Below, one piece after another: positions 32,382 to 46,214 of a stretch of DNA of 64,000 nt. The notes under the pieces are model-generated. The model was not told the origin of the DNA and searched no databases. It was given only the letters and a program-made list of their open reading frames with translations. The position numbers and the translations under genes were made by a program. Source of the DNA: the human T2T-CHM13v2.0 reference genome, Homo sapiens; assembly GCF_009914755.1 (NCBI RefSeq), contig NC_060927.1. One strand, given 5' to 3'. The stretch's first letter is position 1. Each line of letters opens with the position of its first letter.

Positions 32382-33015
32382 CCATTGCAATGCTTTAAAA
32401 AAAATTAAGTCAGAGGGTTTTATTGCTATGATTTTATGGCAGACACATCCAAGCAAAACCATTTTCCAAATGCAGACCTTCCTGATGTTATCTGAAATCT
32501 GATAAAATGACCCTACTCTCTGCTGTGGTTCATTCTTGCTCCATGCTGTCCATATTTATGATCTTTATTAAGAACCTATCAATCAGTCATCACCACCTTC
32601 ATTGTAAACTTAGGTGTTCATGGTGGCTGGCCCTTCCAAACAACCACTCCCCCAAACTGAAGGGCCAGAGCTCATGAGAAACTTAAAAGTGAAACGGCAA
32701 AAGCAAGATGTGTTCCCATGACTACCAATACCTTTATTAGGCAGTTTTAGAAGTGTTTTTAAGGATATATTATGTCAGCTGCATTCTAGGAAGAGAAGCA
32801 GATTATATATATATATAATCTCCCCATAAACGGACTTAGCACAGTTATCATCAGAGTAAGCATTAAAGTCATTTTATTGCCTTATGATATATTCCAGTAT
32901 TCCTTGGTCTAAAAATTGTGTGGATACCATAGCAGTTAGTTAAATATACATTTATACCCACTGTTTGTTGTGGAAGAGATGATGGGGGAGGAGGACTGAT
33001 GCAGGAAGCAACTTC

Positions 33016-33021
33016 AATAAA
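33016..33021 (+). terminator. FBXL2 distal poly(A) signal AATAAA
   Basis: AATAAA followed by T/G-rich sequence just before the intergenic Alus. Confidence 0.5.
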
Positions 33022-33090
33022 TGAGCATATAACAGACTTGCTTCAGTGATTATGAATTAGTTTAGTTTCTATTAAAAAAAATTAACTTAA

Positions 33091-33418
33091 GGCTGGCCAC
33101 GGTGGTTCATGCCTATAATCCCAGCACTTGGGGAGGCCAAGGCGGGTGGATCACCTGAGGTCAGGAGTTTGAGACCAGCCTGGCCAACACAGTAAAACCC
33201 CATCTCTACTGAAAATACAAAAATTAGCCGGGCGTGGTGCTGGGCACCTGTAATCTCAGCTACTCGGGAGGCTGAAGCAGGAGAAATGCTGGAACCCAGG
33301 AGGCGGAGGTGGCAGTGAGCCGAGATTGTGCCATTGCACTCCATCCAGCCCAGGAGACAACAGTGAGACTCCATCATCATCTCAAAACAAAACAAACAAA
33401 CAAACAAACAAAAAAAAC
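33091..33418 (+). mobile_element. Alu (Sx-like) with (CAAA)n tail, intergenic
   Basis: Full dimer. Confidence 0.92.
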
Positions 33419-33561
33419 CACCAGAGCCTTCTATACATGATTGATTTCTTTTGAGCCAGGATACAACCTATCATCAGTCACAGCTATTGGACTTGATGCT
33501 CAATGATCCATGGCCTCATTTACAAAACAGGAGAACCTCTTGTAAGAAAATCAGGTTTGCA

Positions 33562-33865
<304 letters not shown>

Positions 33866-33898
33866 TCAGGTTTGCTTCCTTTTAAAGTCTGGAATAGT

Positions 33899-33929
<31 letters not shown>
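33899..33929 (+). repeat. (TTAG)n microsatellite
   Basis: 7 perfect TTAG units plus a partial unit. Confidence 0.9.
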
Positions 33930-34130
33930 ATGGAATAACAACATATCCTCAGTTGCATCAGCTTTCAGAAAATAAACTGAAAAGGAAAAAACTATGAGCC
34001 TAACCTCTTACTACATTTAGACTGGCTCAGAATACACACAGGGAAACTCCTTGATTCTATGACACGAAGTGACAGTAGCAGGAACTGGGATTTTAAATGA
34101 GACACACATTTGCAAAACAATCAGAAAACA

Positions 34131-34136
34131 TTTATT
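34131..34136 (-). terminator. UBP1 poly(A) signal AATAAA (further copies at 34199-34204 and 34341-34346)
   Basis: tttatt on +; GT/T-rich downstream element on the - strand. Confidence 0.6.
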
Positions 34137-36103
34137 ATACTGAAATGTGTACATCCTACTATTAAAAAAACAAAGTAACAAATTTGCTGGTGCCAAAATT
34201 TATTTAGCCTGTTTCACTGGGACAAACTCACGTTCAATGCCACTCAGTATAATTTCAAGTCTGATAAGCATCTAAGTATTTTTACCCCGCTTCTAAAACC
34301 TGATGAGGAATTCAAAATAAGCACACAGCATTAAATGACATTTATTGTTCCATAAATCTTGAGACCCAAAAAGGAATGCTAAATAGACAAGCAAAACTTT
34401 TAAAACAAACGAGATAAACTCACTTCTTTCCCCAGTGACTGGTACAGAAAACATGTGGTCACACGAAAGCAAAGGGAAAAAGTCAGAAAGGAAAACTCTC
34501 TGCCTATAGGATCTATAGGAGTTACAGATATTTTCAAATCGATGATGAAAATAGATCGTGCTTCTTTGTAGCAAATAATTAACCCCCTTTATGAATAAAA
34601 CATAAAATGTCAAAGCTTTTACTCACTGAAGTAGTTTGTCTTCTGGGAGAGATTTCAAACTCAAAATTACTCATTTCCTATTTTTTGCCTGAACACAATG
34701 AGGATCAAATAGTACATTCAAATCAGGACACCTGGGTATATGGACAAAGATATCCTACAATTAAAATGGAATAGAAGTTAAAAAAAAAATTCAGTCCCCT
34801 ACACCACAGGCCTCAAACATGCTTGCTGATGGATTCTGGGAAGGTTTTGGATGAAGGACGGAGATATGGGAGGAAAGTGAGAAAACAGTGGATTCCCTTT
34901 GAAAAGTATGCTAGCAGACAAGCATTTGGTTTTATGAAAGAGGCACTCTTATAGAGAAAGAAGCTAGTATGTGGTGTATAAAAAGCCCCTAAATCATCAC
35001 CAGAATGTCTATCCATGATTGTACTAAAGCTCAATATTTGAGAGGCTTAAGGGATTTGTATGGTACATTTTAGTGTTTGATTGATAACATCTAGTGTTTC
35101 CAGAAAAAAATTCATCTTGTTCATAATGAAGATCCCTTAACACCTAGTCAGAAGCTATCAACAATAATACTTTCTCCCCCTACTTGGGTCACCTATTTCC
35201 AATGTCTGGGGTAGGGCTTTAAAAATGTTTAATAGGATGGTGGGGGTGGGGGGTTAGGGTGGGGGTGGTCAGAGATGGAGGGAGAGAGGGAAGAAAATGA
35301 GAGAAAAACCACGAGTTTAAAAGGCAAGGAATCTCCAAAAATGAAAACCAGAAACTAAAATGCTAAAAATGGAAGCAGAAGCAAAAAAGTTTTTCAATAA
35401 ATCTGTGACAAAGCCAAAACACAAAAGTCTTTGTACCTATTAGGATTTACACTGATCCTCTCACCAAGGTACTCCTGATAATGCAGTTTGCTTCAAGCCC
35501 ATCTTCCTGGCTTGGATCTTCTCCAATCTGGCATGATCATATCAAACGTACACCCTCAGACATGATTTCTTCCAAGAAGGTGCCGAGCCTCTTACCTGAC
35601 CACCAACGGCCACATCAGCACAACACAACTCTCCGCATACAGATTCACTGCTGGCCCCACAACAGCACTGTCCCCCATCTCCTCTCCAGGTCAGCATAAG
35701 GTTCAGGCAATAAAAGCCAAACTGGCACAGAAAGGTAAATGCCCACAGTAAGTTTCTACATTCATTTCCAAACCGCATACAGTGTAAAAAGACAGCAAAG
35801 GCTGCTTCTAGGAACTGTATTTACTGGCCTCTGCCAGAGCAGCAGGCAGCTATGCCTGCACCGTGGCCTCCAGAGCTGGATGCATGCTGTGCCGATGTGC
35901 TCACTCTCATGAGGATGCTTGGCTATGGCAGTGACAGTGAGGAGATTCACCTCTCATACAGCTCATTAGAAAGGTCATCTTGTGTTTTCAATATGAAACA
36001 TTTCATATGGTAAAATCCAATCCCAAGACTTCTTGGATTCAGTCTTCACACACTTTTAAGCGTGACTATTTGGTACTGAATACAGTTCAGTCTATATAAG
36101 ACA

Positions 36104-36141
36104 TCACTTCAAAATTATGTGGATGCCATCACTACTTTCAG
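36104..36141 (-). CDS. UBP1: UBP1 exon 16, last coding exon
   Basis: ctgcag|CT GAA AGT...AAG TGA; (A)ESSDGIHIILK*. Confidence 0.95.
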
Positions 36142-37129
36142 CTGCAGAAAAAGGAAAGACAGTATTTCTTCAGTCAGGCTTAGGAAATTAAGCCTATTAA
36201 ATGGAAAACTCCCTGCCAACTACAACCTCCCTTCCCAATTCAGAGGTTACCTTTAAATGATTCTAGAGAAACAAGCAGATTAACTTGCTCTAGCTCCTCT
36301 TCCCCCAAAAAACTTCATGTACACATTCCCTTTTTAGACATTCTGCGAAGCCTGGCCCACTATCAACGCCCGCATTCCAACACTGTCTGCCAGTTCTGGG
36401 GGTAGGGGGACATCTATCAAGACACACAATAATAGTGCTGTCCATAAGGGGAGCAAGAGCTAGAAGGAGAACAGGTGAAATATACTGTGTCAGGGCAGAG
36501 GACCTGAGGGAGTAAATGCAAATGTGTACATCTACCTTTTCCAGAAAAATTTCTGAGCTACTCACAGAGATTTCAAACATTTTAAAAATGTATCATTCCT
36601 TTTGCCTAGTGTTTCTCAGTAAATAGTGAGAAGCAATATAGGCATTCATAAAAAAATGATTTTTCTCATGACGACAAAGTTTAAAAAAAAAAACAAAACA
36701 GTAAATTGAGATTAGAGGGGAGATCCTATGATTTCTAATACCAAAAAATGTCTGCTGGTTTCACAAAACAAAACTATGCAATTATAGTATATGTCTTCTT
36801 TTTCAGACAATGTCAGTTATGCAAGGTAAAAACTGTACTGCTGTGAAAACAAAAGACTGAGCAGAAGGGTACTAGGCTAAAGATGTTTCTGAAAGAGTGA
36901 ACCAGTTCAGAGTTAAAACTCAGCCTTGCAGGTAACCTGATGGCATACGCAACATGTGAGGCGCAAAATAAAATCAGTATTTCAGTAGTCTGGGGACACC
37001 TGACACACATGACATCTCCCTCTTCTAGGGGCAGCTTTTGTGCTAAGACCGGATTTGGATCTTAGCTCACCTGACTTTTAAAACAGTCTATGAATGTATG
37101 ATCTCTTCTCAAATAATTTTACATTTAGG

Positions 37130-38120
37130 AATCCCTCCTCTTTAATGTTGGAGCCACCTAAGCCTGGTCCTGGCTCTTTTCATATTCTCTCCCTAAATGA
37201 CCTTAACAACTTCTACAGCTTTGAGTCACTGTTGATATGCTGAAGGTTTCCAAATTTACATCTCAAGCCCAGGCCTCTTCTCTGAGCCCCAGACTGGTAA
37301 TAGTCAACTGCCTACTTGACATTTCTACATATCCAAAATCAAACTCTTGGTTGATTTACCCCAACCATACTTACCTCTTCAATGAGATCACCATCTGCCC
37401 AGTTACTTTCCACAGAAAATAAGGTGTCAGAACTATTCCTCCCTCAAAAGTGGAGCCCACTGGGACCCTGTCTATAAACGTGTAAGATACCATCACCTTT
37501 CACCTGGATATCTCCTGCCTCGTTTTGCCACCTTCTCATCTGTCTCCACAGAGTTGTGAAAGTGAAAGAAAAATCTAGTCACATTACTGCTCCTTTGTTT
37601 AAACAACTTCAGTGACAACCCAATGCATTTCAAGTAAATCCGAACTACCATCATCATCCGGTCCCCGCATGCCAGACCCGGCCTCCTGCTTTGATTTGCC
37701 CTGATCCGCTCACCCTCACACACTGCATGGCACCTACATGGCCCACTGCCAGGCTTTCCAAGAAGCCAGGTGTTTTCTTTGCACACAGCCCCACGTTGCC
37801 TGGGGATGCTAATCCAATGGCCAGCTCCCGCTTCTTCTCATTCTTCAAGTCTCAGGATTAATAACACCTCCTCAGAGAAGCCTTGCCTTACAGTTTCATA
37901 TTCCCCTCAACCCAGATCTCCCTTATCCATAAGTACCCCCACACTTTCCTGTTCCTTCATGGAACTTAACATATTGGGAATTTTGTGTATCTCTTGGCCA
38001 ATTTTGGTTTGCTTTCCCCAATAGGAGTTTCATGGATTCTGTTTTATTCAATAGATCCACTGAGCGACAGAAGCACGGTGTCTGACACAAAGTGCTCAGT
38101 AAGACGTTGGCTGAATGAAT
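37130..38120 (+). mobile_element. L2
   Basis: caactgcctacttgacatttctac...ccttctcagagaagcctt-like text; ends gtgctcagtaa...tgaatgaat. Confidence 0.8.
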
Positions 38121-38335
38121 TGAGATTTTTTTTTCCAGTCATCTAGAAAGACTGACTCCTCTTCCTTATATGCTAATTTCTGTTACAACCACTAGAAATA
38201 TTCTCATTTATCAAACTTTCTTCTTAAAATGAGTAAAGCAATCATTTTAAAGAATAAACACGAGAGGCACTAATTAGAGGCACACACCATCTCTCATGAT
38301 TCCAGCATTTTAAGACACACACACATGCAAAGTAC

Positions 38336-38387
38336 CTTTTACTGTGGAGAATAAAAAACAACTCTCATCTTGAAAATTCTGAACCAT
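38336..38387 (-). CDS. UBP1: UBP1 exon 15
   Basis: ttccag|ATG...AAA G|gtactt; 52 nt; MVQNFQDESCFLFSTVK. Confidence 0.95.
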
Positions 38388-39084
38388 CTGGAAGGATAAA
38401 GTAAATGCGTAAGTACAATTAAGATCCAACTGTCGTTTCTTAAAATGATTTTAAAACAGTAAATATTCTTCTCAAACAAACACAGGACTCAATGGCCAAA
38501 ACGATAATTCATGAAGGCAGTGTGAGGCAGCAAAGATGCACACGTGCTGCACTGCCTTGTGTTCACTATGCCTGTCCATAATGGTCCCTGAGAGACCTGG
38601 TCAGTCACCCATGTGACCCACAGGGGCACATTCCCTGCCGGCTCCAGTGGATGATGACTCGAACAAAAATTGCATAAAGTGCTCTTCTATTATTACTTGC
38701 CACCAATCACTAGGGGAAAAATTATATATCTTACATGTTTTTTTAAATTAGTCATCAAATAATAGACAAAAGGAAAACACATCCAGTGACTCACCTCATA
38801 AAAAGGGCCAAAGCCTGCCACTATCCCTAGAGTGCCCCAGTGATTGGCTGCATCCTAAAGGGCTGGGGGGAGGCTAAGCCAGTTTTCCTTGGCTTGTATT
38901 CCATATTATCACTAGGATGCCTGAAACTCTTGGTTATAAGTTCTTCCAAAGTGATTCCCAACTCTCTGAAAATGATTCTCATAAGTATTTTCAAAAGAGG
39001 TCACAGAATTTTTCTACAGTTCTACAATTACATGTATAAAAGTAAATACCAGTCTGAAAAGGAAAAACAAATGATTTGATTTAC

Positions 39085-39227
39085 CTGATCACTAACAAGA
39101 ATGTGAATACCAGTGGGACCCTGTCTGTAAACCTGATTAATTTGGTGGAGAGGGATATTAAACACCAGCGCAAGTTTTCGAGCAACTTCTGAGGCAATCA
39201 TTTCTTCCAAGTAGATTGCATGATAAA
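39085..39227 (-). CDS. UBP1: UBP1 exon 14
   Basis: tttcag|TT TAT...CAG|gtaaat; 143 nt; [18 protein letters not shown]...HILVSDQ. Confidence 0.96.
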
Positions 39228-39776
39228 CTGAAATTAAAAAAAAAAAAAGAAAAGCATTTTAACAGTAATCTTTGATCTGTTTTCTGCCTGATCTGTAGGA
39301 TCTGTACGAAGGTCACACCTTTCAAAGTACCAAAAAAGTAAAAAAACATTTTAAATGGGAATAAACTATTTCTTTCCCCCATCTTACTACCTTGAAATCT
39401 TGAACTACCAATCTAAAACGTAAGAATACATTATTTATATCCACAAATATAATTTAATAAACATTAACAGAAATCCCTGGACAAAAAGATTTGAGGTTTG
39501 AATTTTTCTTCATATTTTTATTCAATGAATATAGTTTCATGTATTCAAAATTTAAAAACAGGAATTGGCTGCAAATGGACATGGGGGATCTTCTTGAAAT
39601 AATGGAACTCAAACTGAATTTTGACAATGGCTGCCAAACTCTCTAAATTGGCTAAAATACCATTATATACTTACAATGGGAGGACTTTATGGTATGTAAA
39701 TTATGCCTGAAGAAAGCTGTTTTTAAAAATAATATATACTTCATGTATTTCTAGCAATATACAAAAAGAACCCTAA

Positions 39777-40113
<337 letters not shown>

Positions 40114-40537
40114 GTTAAGCATTATAGTTTTTGATCCAGTAATCCTACTACTAGGAATTTATCCTAAGGAATAAAAGCTATCTGTATATGCCCCTCCCCC
40201 ACAAAAAATTTTAAATAAAAGATACTATATGAAAAGCTAATATAAACAATGAAGTGTGATGCTTCCTTACAGAAAGCCCCAGCCACATTCCAGTGTTCTG
40301 CATTTTTGCTACACAGAACTTATCAGCAGACATCTGCACAGTGCACATCTGTAGTGAGTCTCACTCTTGTACGTCCTGCTCAATTACTGATTAAAGCCAG
40401 ACATGGATCAGGAATATCATTACTGAGAACTTTGCTTCCCCAAACAAGGGGTCTGTAAGTATAGAAACCCAGAATTTTCCATTACATAAAAGAAGCTGGA
40501 ACTAAAATTACAGTAAGAATATAGAAATGATCTAGAG

Positions 40538-40760
40538 CAGGTGTCACCAAACCACAGCCCATATGGGCCAATTCCTGCCCTCCACTTTTTTTTTTTTTTT
40601 TAAATAAAGTTTTACTGGAACAGCCTTATCTACAATTTACATATTGTCTATGGCTATTTTAGCACTACAATCACAGAGTTGAATGTGAGAGACCCTATGT
40701 ATGATCTAAAGAGATGGAAATATTTACTACCTGACCTTTTACAGAAAAAGTTTGCTGATT
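40538..40760. mobile_element. MER58A-type DNA transposon
   Basis: caggtgtcaccaaac...taaataaagttttactggaacagcc...tttacagaaaaagtttgctga. Confidence 0.82.
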
Positions 40761-41926
40761 ATGGGAAAATATCCAATATTTCCCCATATCCCTCCACAAA
40801 CACTCATGTTTGAGAATACACCTTCCAAAATATTATAATCTTGGCCATATCTAAGTGATGTATAAGCTCTTGATGATACATGGAGATCTCCTTTAAATTT
40901 TTATCCTTTAAGAATTTGTATACTTAATCTCAAAATTCAGAGCTTTTGAAGTCAAAATAATACCAAATAGAAAAGTTCACAGTAGTGATGCTATCCTTCC
41001 AATTTTTCAGTAAAATTCAAACCACAAGACATTTTTCAGAGCTCTACCTATTCTTAGGGCAAATAACTGCATCTCTGAATGCCATTAACACATCTTTTTT
41101 TTTTTAAAGTTCTGAGCATGTTGCCTTTGTTCTACTTCAGAGTATGGAAAGAAGGAAATGTTACCATATATCCATACAATAAATGAGAAAATATATGCCT
41201 TTTAAAATGCTTGCTTTTTTTAAGGGCCATATTTAGAGGTGAGAAGAGGGAGAGGCCAAGATTATCTCTGTCCTAATCCAGCACTATACCGTACAATTAA
41301 ATGCTCAGGATGAGAAGCCCTCCCAAGATAACGTACTGGGTAGTATTATTTACAGTGACATAAAAACACGGCACCAGACGCGCCACACAAGGTGCACAAT
41401 GCTGGCCGAACACTTGTCAGTGACAAGTCCACACACTTAGGACTATTACATGCAGGCACTGTTGCACATATGTTATGCTTTAAGAGTTCTCCCCATACCT
41501 AGTCAGGAAAATTGAAAAAAAAAAAAAAAAAAAAAAAAGAAAAAGGAAAGAAAAACCCTCCTGCTTTTTTGTTAAGCTGCCAGTGTTATATTCATCATTT
41601 CAGTAAATCTGACCAAAAAAAAAAAAAAGCCAGAACTCAATGCATTCAAGCTAGTTTTTCCACTTGTTAGATATTTCCGGCATGAAGGGCCACATGAAAA
41701 ACAGACCCATAGTGTGGCTGCAATGACTGAGAAAGAATGCCAGTTTCCTCTTCTCCCAAGGACTTCACCCTAGAGCTGCCACCTCTCATTGCTGTCAAGG
41801 CTCCCACATGAGCAACTTGGCATTCCTAACACAGCAAGAGTTCTCCAAAGCCTGCTCAATCGAGTCCTTTCCGTTTCTGTCTGACAGTCTCAGAAGTGAC
41901 AGAATTGAGATGCCCTCAATACCTAC

Positions 41927-42045
41927 CATAGGGTGCCCCACTGCCATTCTCGCTTGCACTGCTTGCAGCTTGCTGCTGCCCTTGCAGCACTGTGCTGCTT
42001 GGCTGCTCCCGGCAGACATAGATGGTTAAACGGGGTCTAACCGAC
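41927..42045 (-). CDS. UBP1: UBP1 exon 13
   Basis: ttgcag|G TCG...TAT G|gtaggt; 119 nt; [14 protein letters not shown]...SGAPY. Confidence 0.96.
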
Positions 42046-42809
42046 CTGCAATCAGAAGATGCCACTGATGAGCCTGGGAGAGAAAGCTGCCTTACACATG
42101 TACAAATATGACAACTACAGGAATCTAAGTTCTATTTCCTTATGAGAACTTTATAATGTTATTTCGTTATACAAAGTAATTTACTAATAAAAATATAAAA
42201 ACCACACACCTCACACCAACTATCACAGGTGGTCTAATATGATGATCCAGACTCTAAACCATTGAGATGGTCTGTCAGATGCTGGTAAATTTAAGTTTCA
42301 AGATTAAGTCAGCAAATTAAAAATCAGTAAGATTCAATTTTAATGGAATTCTCACACCACAAGTATAGAAAGAGCAATGATAGTAAATGGTTCTTACAAG
42401 CCAGCACAATTTACAGTTTCTGTCATTTTAATTCACAATTAGTTTACATTTTTAATAACTGTTTAGTAATAGTCATGACCTTGAAAACCATAGATTCTGT
42501 ATAGCTCACCTAAATTAGAAGTTTTGTTTTCTTGGCAACAAACCCAGTCGTCTTCAAGAAATCAGTACTGCCCATGTGCATTTCTACCAGTCTTACAGTC
42601 TACCTCTGCCCTCATCAGTGCCTGCATCATATCTGGGCCTGCCCTGAAGGTGTACACAAAACAGTCTTCTTGTGAGCACAATGCTGCCAATGCTCGATGG
42701 CGCACACAGGCACACACGCCAACCTAGCGTGGAAACACATTCTGCCCAAATTCCCCACGCGAAGAAAGGTACATTCTTATTTCAAGCAAAACAGTTCACA
42801 GTATTTTAC

Positions 42810-42900
42810 CTTGACTTCAGTGAATTATAGAGCCGAATTCCATCGGCTGCACCACAAATTTGAACTAAATCCTCCTTTGTCAGTTTTAATAAGTCGGCAC
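42810..42900 (-). CDS. UBP1: UBP1 exon 12 (SAM-like domain)
   Basis: ctctag|GT GCC...TCA AG|gtaaaa; 91 nt; [29 protein letters not shown]. Confidence 0.96.
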
Positions 42901-45209
42901 CTAGAGAAGAGCAAAAATATTTTTCTCAAATAAATGGAAAAAGAACAGAACTGCTTTACAGGCATCTGTCTTCATGCAGTCCAATGTCCTTCAAAATAAT
43001 CAGATATCCTGAATACACACATACACATGAACAATATAAGAAGACAAACAGACACCTGTCCTTCAGAGCCAAGGAAAATGCTGGCTTTTCCATGTCCTGT
43101 ATCAAGAAGGAGCTTAGAAGTCCTGAGGCTGATGAATCAAATCAATGAGAGCAGGGCCTAAAGAACTCTTCCCGATATAGGATTTCACTCATCTACCTTA
43201 TTTAGTGACTGGGTTGTGGCTATGTGAAGAAACATGATTCTAACCCACCCCACAGAAACAAACCCTGAGATCACCCGGGCCAGTCAATCTTTAATTTTAA
43301 AAAAAAGGAAATGGAAGTCCAGAGTTTGTGGGACTTGCCTAAAGTCTGTAAGAGTTGGTAGCCGAACTAGGACTGGGCCTCTTTATTCTGAAACGTGCAA
43401 TGTAAAGTCAAACATGTTAAATTTTATAACATAAACAACTCTGTCACAGCAGCTAATTTTAACAGAAGAATGGCAGAGAATCACACATTATACCCTAAGA
43501 TTTCCCCCAAGCACATCCTACTTACGATGTCATTTACAAGTGTAAATGTCTCTCTATACAGGTTTCCTATAGCACCACCTAGAGAAGCAGTGTTTGACAC
43601 TTTTAAAAATTCTATCTGAACACTCCCTTCGCTTACCATACAAGAAAAAAAAACTTACATATAAGTATAAAAAAGCCATACCTGAGTACATACACACCAT
43701 GAACTACTATTCAGTATTTCAAGCATAAATGATATGGCATCTAGGATTTGCTTTGAAATACAACAGAAGGCAGGAGAGGAAATAGTGGAGAGCAAGACTG
43801 ACCAAATGCTGGTAGTTTTTGAAGGTAGGAGATGGCTGCATGGGAGTTCATCATATTCTCTCTACTTTTTAATGTCTGAATGTATCCATAATCTTTTGTT
43901 TTATTCTCTAACACCCAGGATACAGTTTATTGGGGGAATTAAGATGAACTTTGGGATGAAGGCTTGACTTCCATATGATAAATAGCCACTTACATATGTA
44001 GAAGATAATGGAGTCATCTTTCTATTTTTTAAAGGCTCAAATGCAATAGCCTACTAAATTTCTAGTCTGTAAAACAAAGATCAGAGAAGCACATCTCCCA
44101 TGAGACATGAGCATTAATAGAGTCATTTTATAGAGTCAGGTAAGCAAAGAGGCTCTCTTTCATCTCTCTACTAGGGCTTACTACATGCACCTCACAGTTG
44201 TGACCAGAGAGTACTGTGTATGTGTGTGCACACCCTTAACCCATACAGAGAACTGGACAGATAACTGCAATGTACAACCCTTCCTGAAATGTGAATGCCC
44301 CCAAGGATCAGAGCAAGAAGACTCACTGTCCTCCTCACCATGCTACTGTCAGTGCTGTGACTCAGGAGATGTGCCCAAAGGGTACCATGGCTAGCTCCTC
44401 GCCCACTTTCTTGGAAGAAGCCCCCAGGATAAGGAAAAGGCAGAAGGCCACGCCATGTGATCACTGCTCACAGCGAAAGGGATTAAAACTCACCAGATAG
44501 AAACATGGATTTGCCTGATGTAAAAGGAGTAATGTGGGGCCTCCTTCAGTTCCAAATGTCGGCGCTTTTTCTATGTGCTATGCTTTTCATCTGCCTTCCA
44601 TACAACAGTGCAAGACAAACCCCAGCTCCCCGACCCTGAAATTTTACAATTTCTAGTTTTTCACACATAAAAGGCTTTACTTAATCATATAAAAATGTAG
44701 TCCCCAGCTAGCAAATGACCTCCATAGGGAACTTTAAAGAGACAAAGAAGTACACGGGGAATAACTACTCATTGCACAAACATTACAATACGTGGCATAG
44801 TAAGAAACCATGTTCTTAGCAAAATCAAGCTTTTCTTCAGGCTGAGTGTGTGCACACACAAGTTCTGTCCTCTTAAAGGGATTCACAAAGTTGTGTTTTA
44901 ATGGCCCTACTGCACTGCAGGTGAAGGAATGCTAACTACCACTTTACTGTGATCCAGCACTTCTCAGGATGTTTGGCCAGGCCATGTTACTAGGTGGTCA
45001 TGTTGGAAAAGAGTCCCAGAGCCAAATATATTTGGGAAATGCTACCTCTGCCCCACCTGTCATTATCTATTACTGTCCCTCTAAACAGGTTTCCTATAGC
45101 ACTACCTGGAGAAGCAGTGCTTGATACCTTTTAAAATTCCTTCTTAACATTCCCTTAGCTTACTGTGCAAGAAAAAAAACTTACCCATAAGTATATAAAA
45201 ACTGTAATT

Positions 45210-45890
45210 GAGTACACTCAGACTATGAAACACTACTTAGCAGTAAAAAGGATTAAACTACTGATAAACACAACAACTTAGGTGGCCGTTATGCTAGTGA
45301 AAAAAAGCCAATCTCAAAAGGCTATATACTATATGATTGCATTTATATAACATTCTCAAAATGACAAAATTATAGACAGAATGTAAAGTGGTTGCCAAGG
45401 ACTAGGGATGGTGGGGGAAGGGTGTGGGTGTGACTCCGAAGGGGTAGCAGGAGGGAGATCCTTGTAGTGATGGCACAATCCTGTCATCTTAATTGTGGTG
45501 GTGGTTACAAATATCTATACCATAACATACGTTGTGCCAATGTCAGTTTCCTGGTTTTGCTATTGTACTATAATTATGTGAGAAACGGAGTGAAGAGTAC
45601 ACCGAAATATCACTGTACTAGCTCTGTAACTTACTGTAAAACAAAAATTATTTCAAAATAAAGTTAAAATGAAAAAAATCATGTAAAACTATATACACCT
45701 ACACACAAATGAGGTCACGTAAGTCTGGTAAAACTGCTGACTGAACCAATGTCAACTGCCTGGCTTCAATAGCATATAATAAAAATACAAGATATTCCTA
45801 TTGGGGGATAGATATAAAGAACTTCTCTGTACATTTTTCTTTGCAACTTCCTATCCATAGTTATTTCAAAATTTTAAAAATATAAAGTTA
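45210..45890 (+). mobile_element. L1MC-type 3' end
   Basis: aagccaatctcaaaaggctatatactatatgattgcatttatataacattct... Confidence 0.78.
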
Positions 45891-45953
45891 ATAAAAGCAC
45901 AGAAACAAAAACAAAACATTCTCATGCACAGATACACACACACATACACATAC

Positions 45954-46047
45954 CTGAAAAATTAGAGAACAGTCTTGTGTAGGAAGAGAATCTGTTTTTG
46001 AGCAGCCATTGCTGTGTTTCCTGGATCGTAGCTGAAGGCTGAATTTG
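45954..46047 (-). CDS. UBP1: UBP1 exon 11
   Basis: taatag|CAA...TCA G|gtatgt; 94 nt; [31 protein letters not shown]. Confidence 0.96.
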
Positions 46048-46214
46048 CTATTAACAATGAAAATGAACATAAATAAAAGGAACCATTCAGACTTAGAACA
46101 TTTAAACAAAACACAGAAAGCCTCGGAGTCTGAAGTAAAAAACACCCAAAAAGAGCATGAGTCTGACTCCAGCAACCCAAATGATGCAGGCCCTTGTCAG
46201 AAACTTAAACATGA

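Noticed and set aside
33899-33929. (TTAG)n as an interstitial telomere or CRISPR-like array
   Set aside because: Not TTAGGG and has no spacers; an ordinary microsatellite
35481-35950. Short ORFs on both strands within the UBP1 3'UTR
   Set aside because: No recognisable homology or splice context; lengths expected by chance
40760-40790. Imperfect hairpin TATGGGAAAATAT-cca-ATATTTCCCCATA
   Set aside because: AT-rich, has a mismatch, and sits at the edge of a MER58 element
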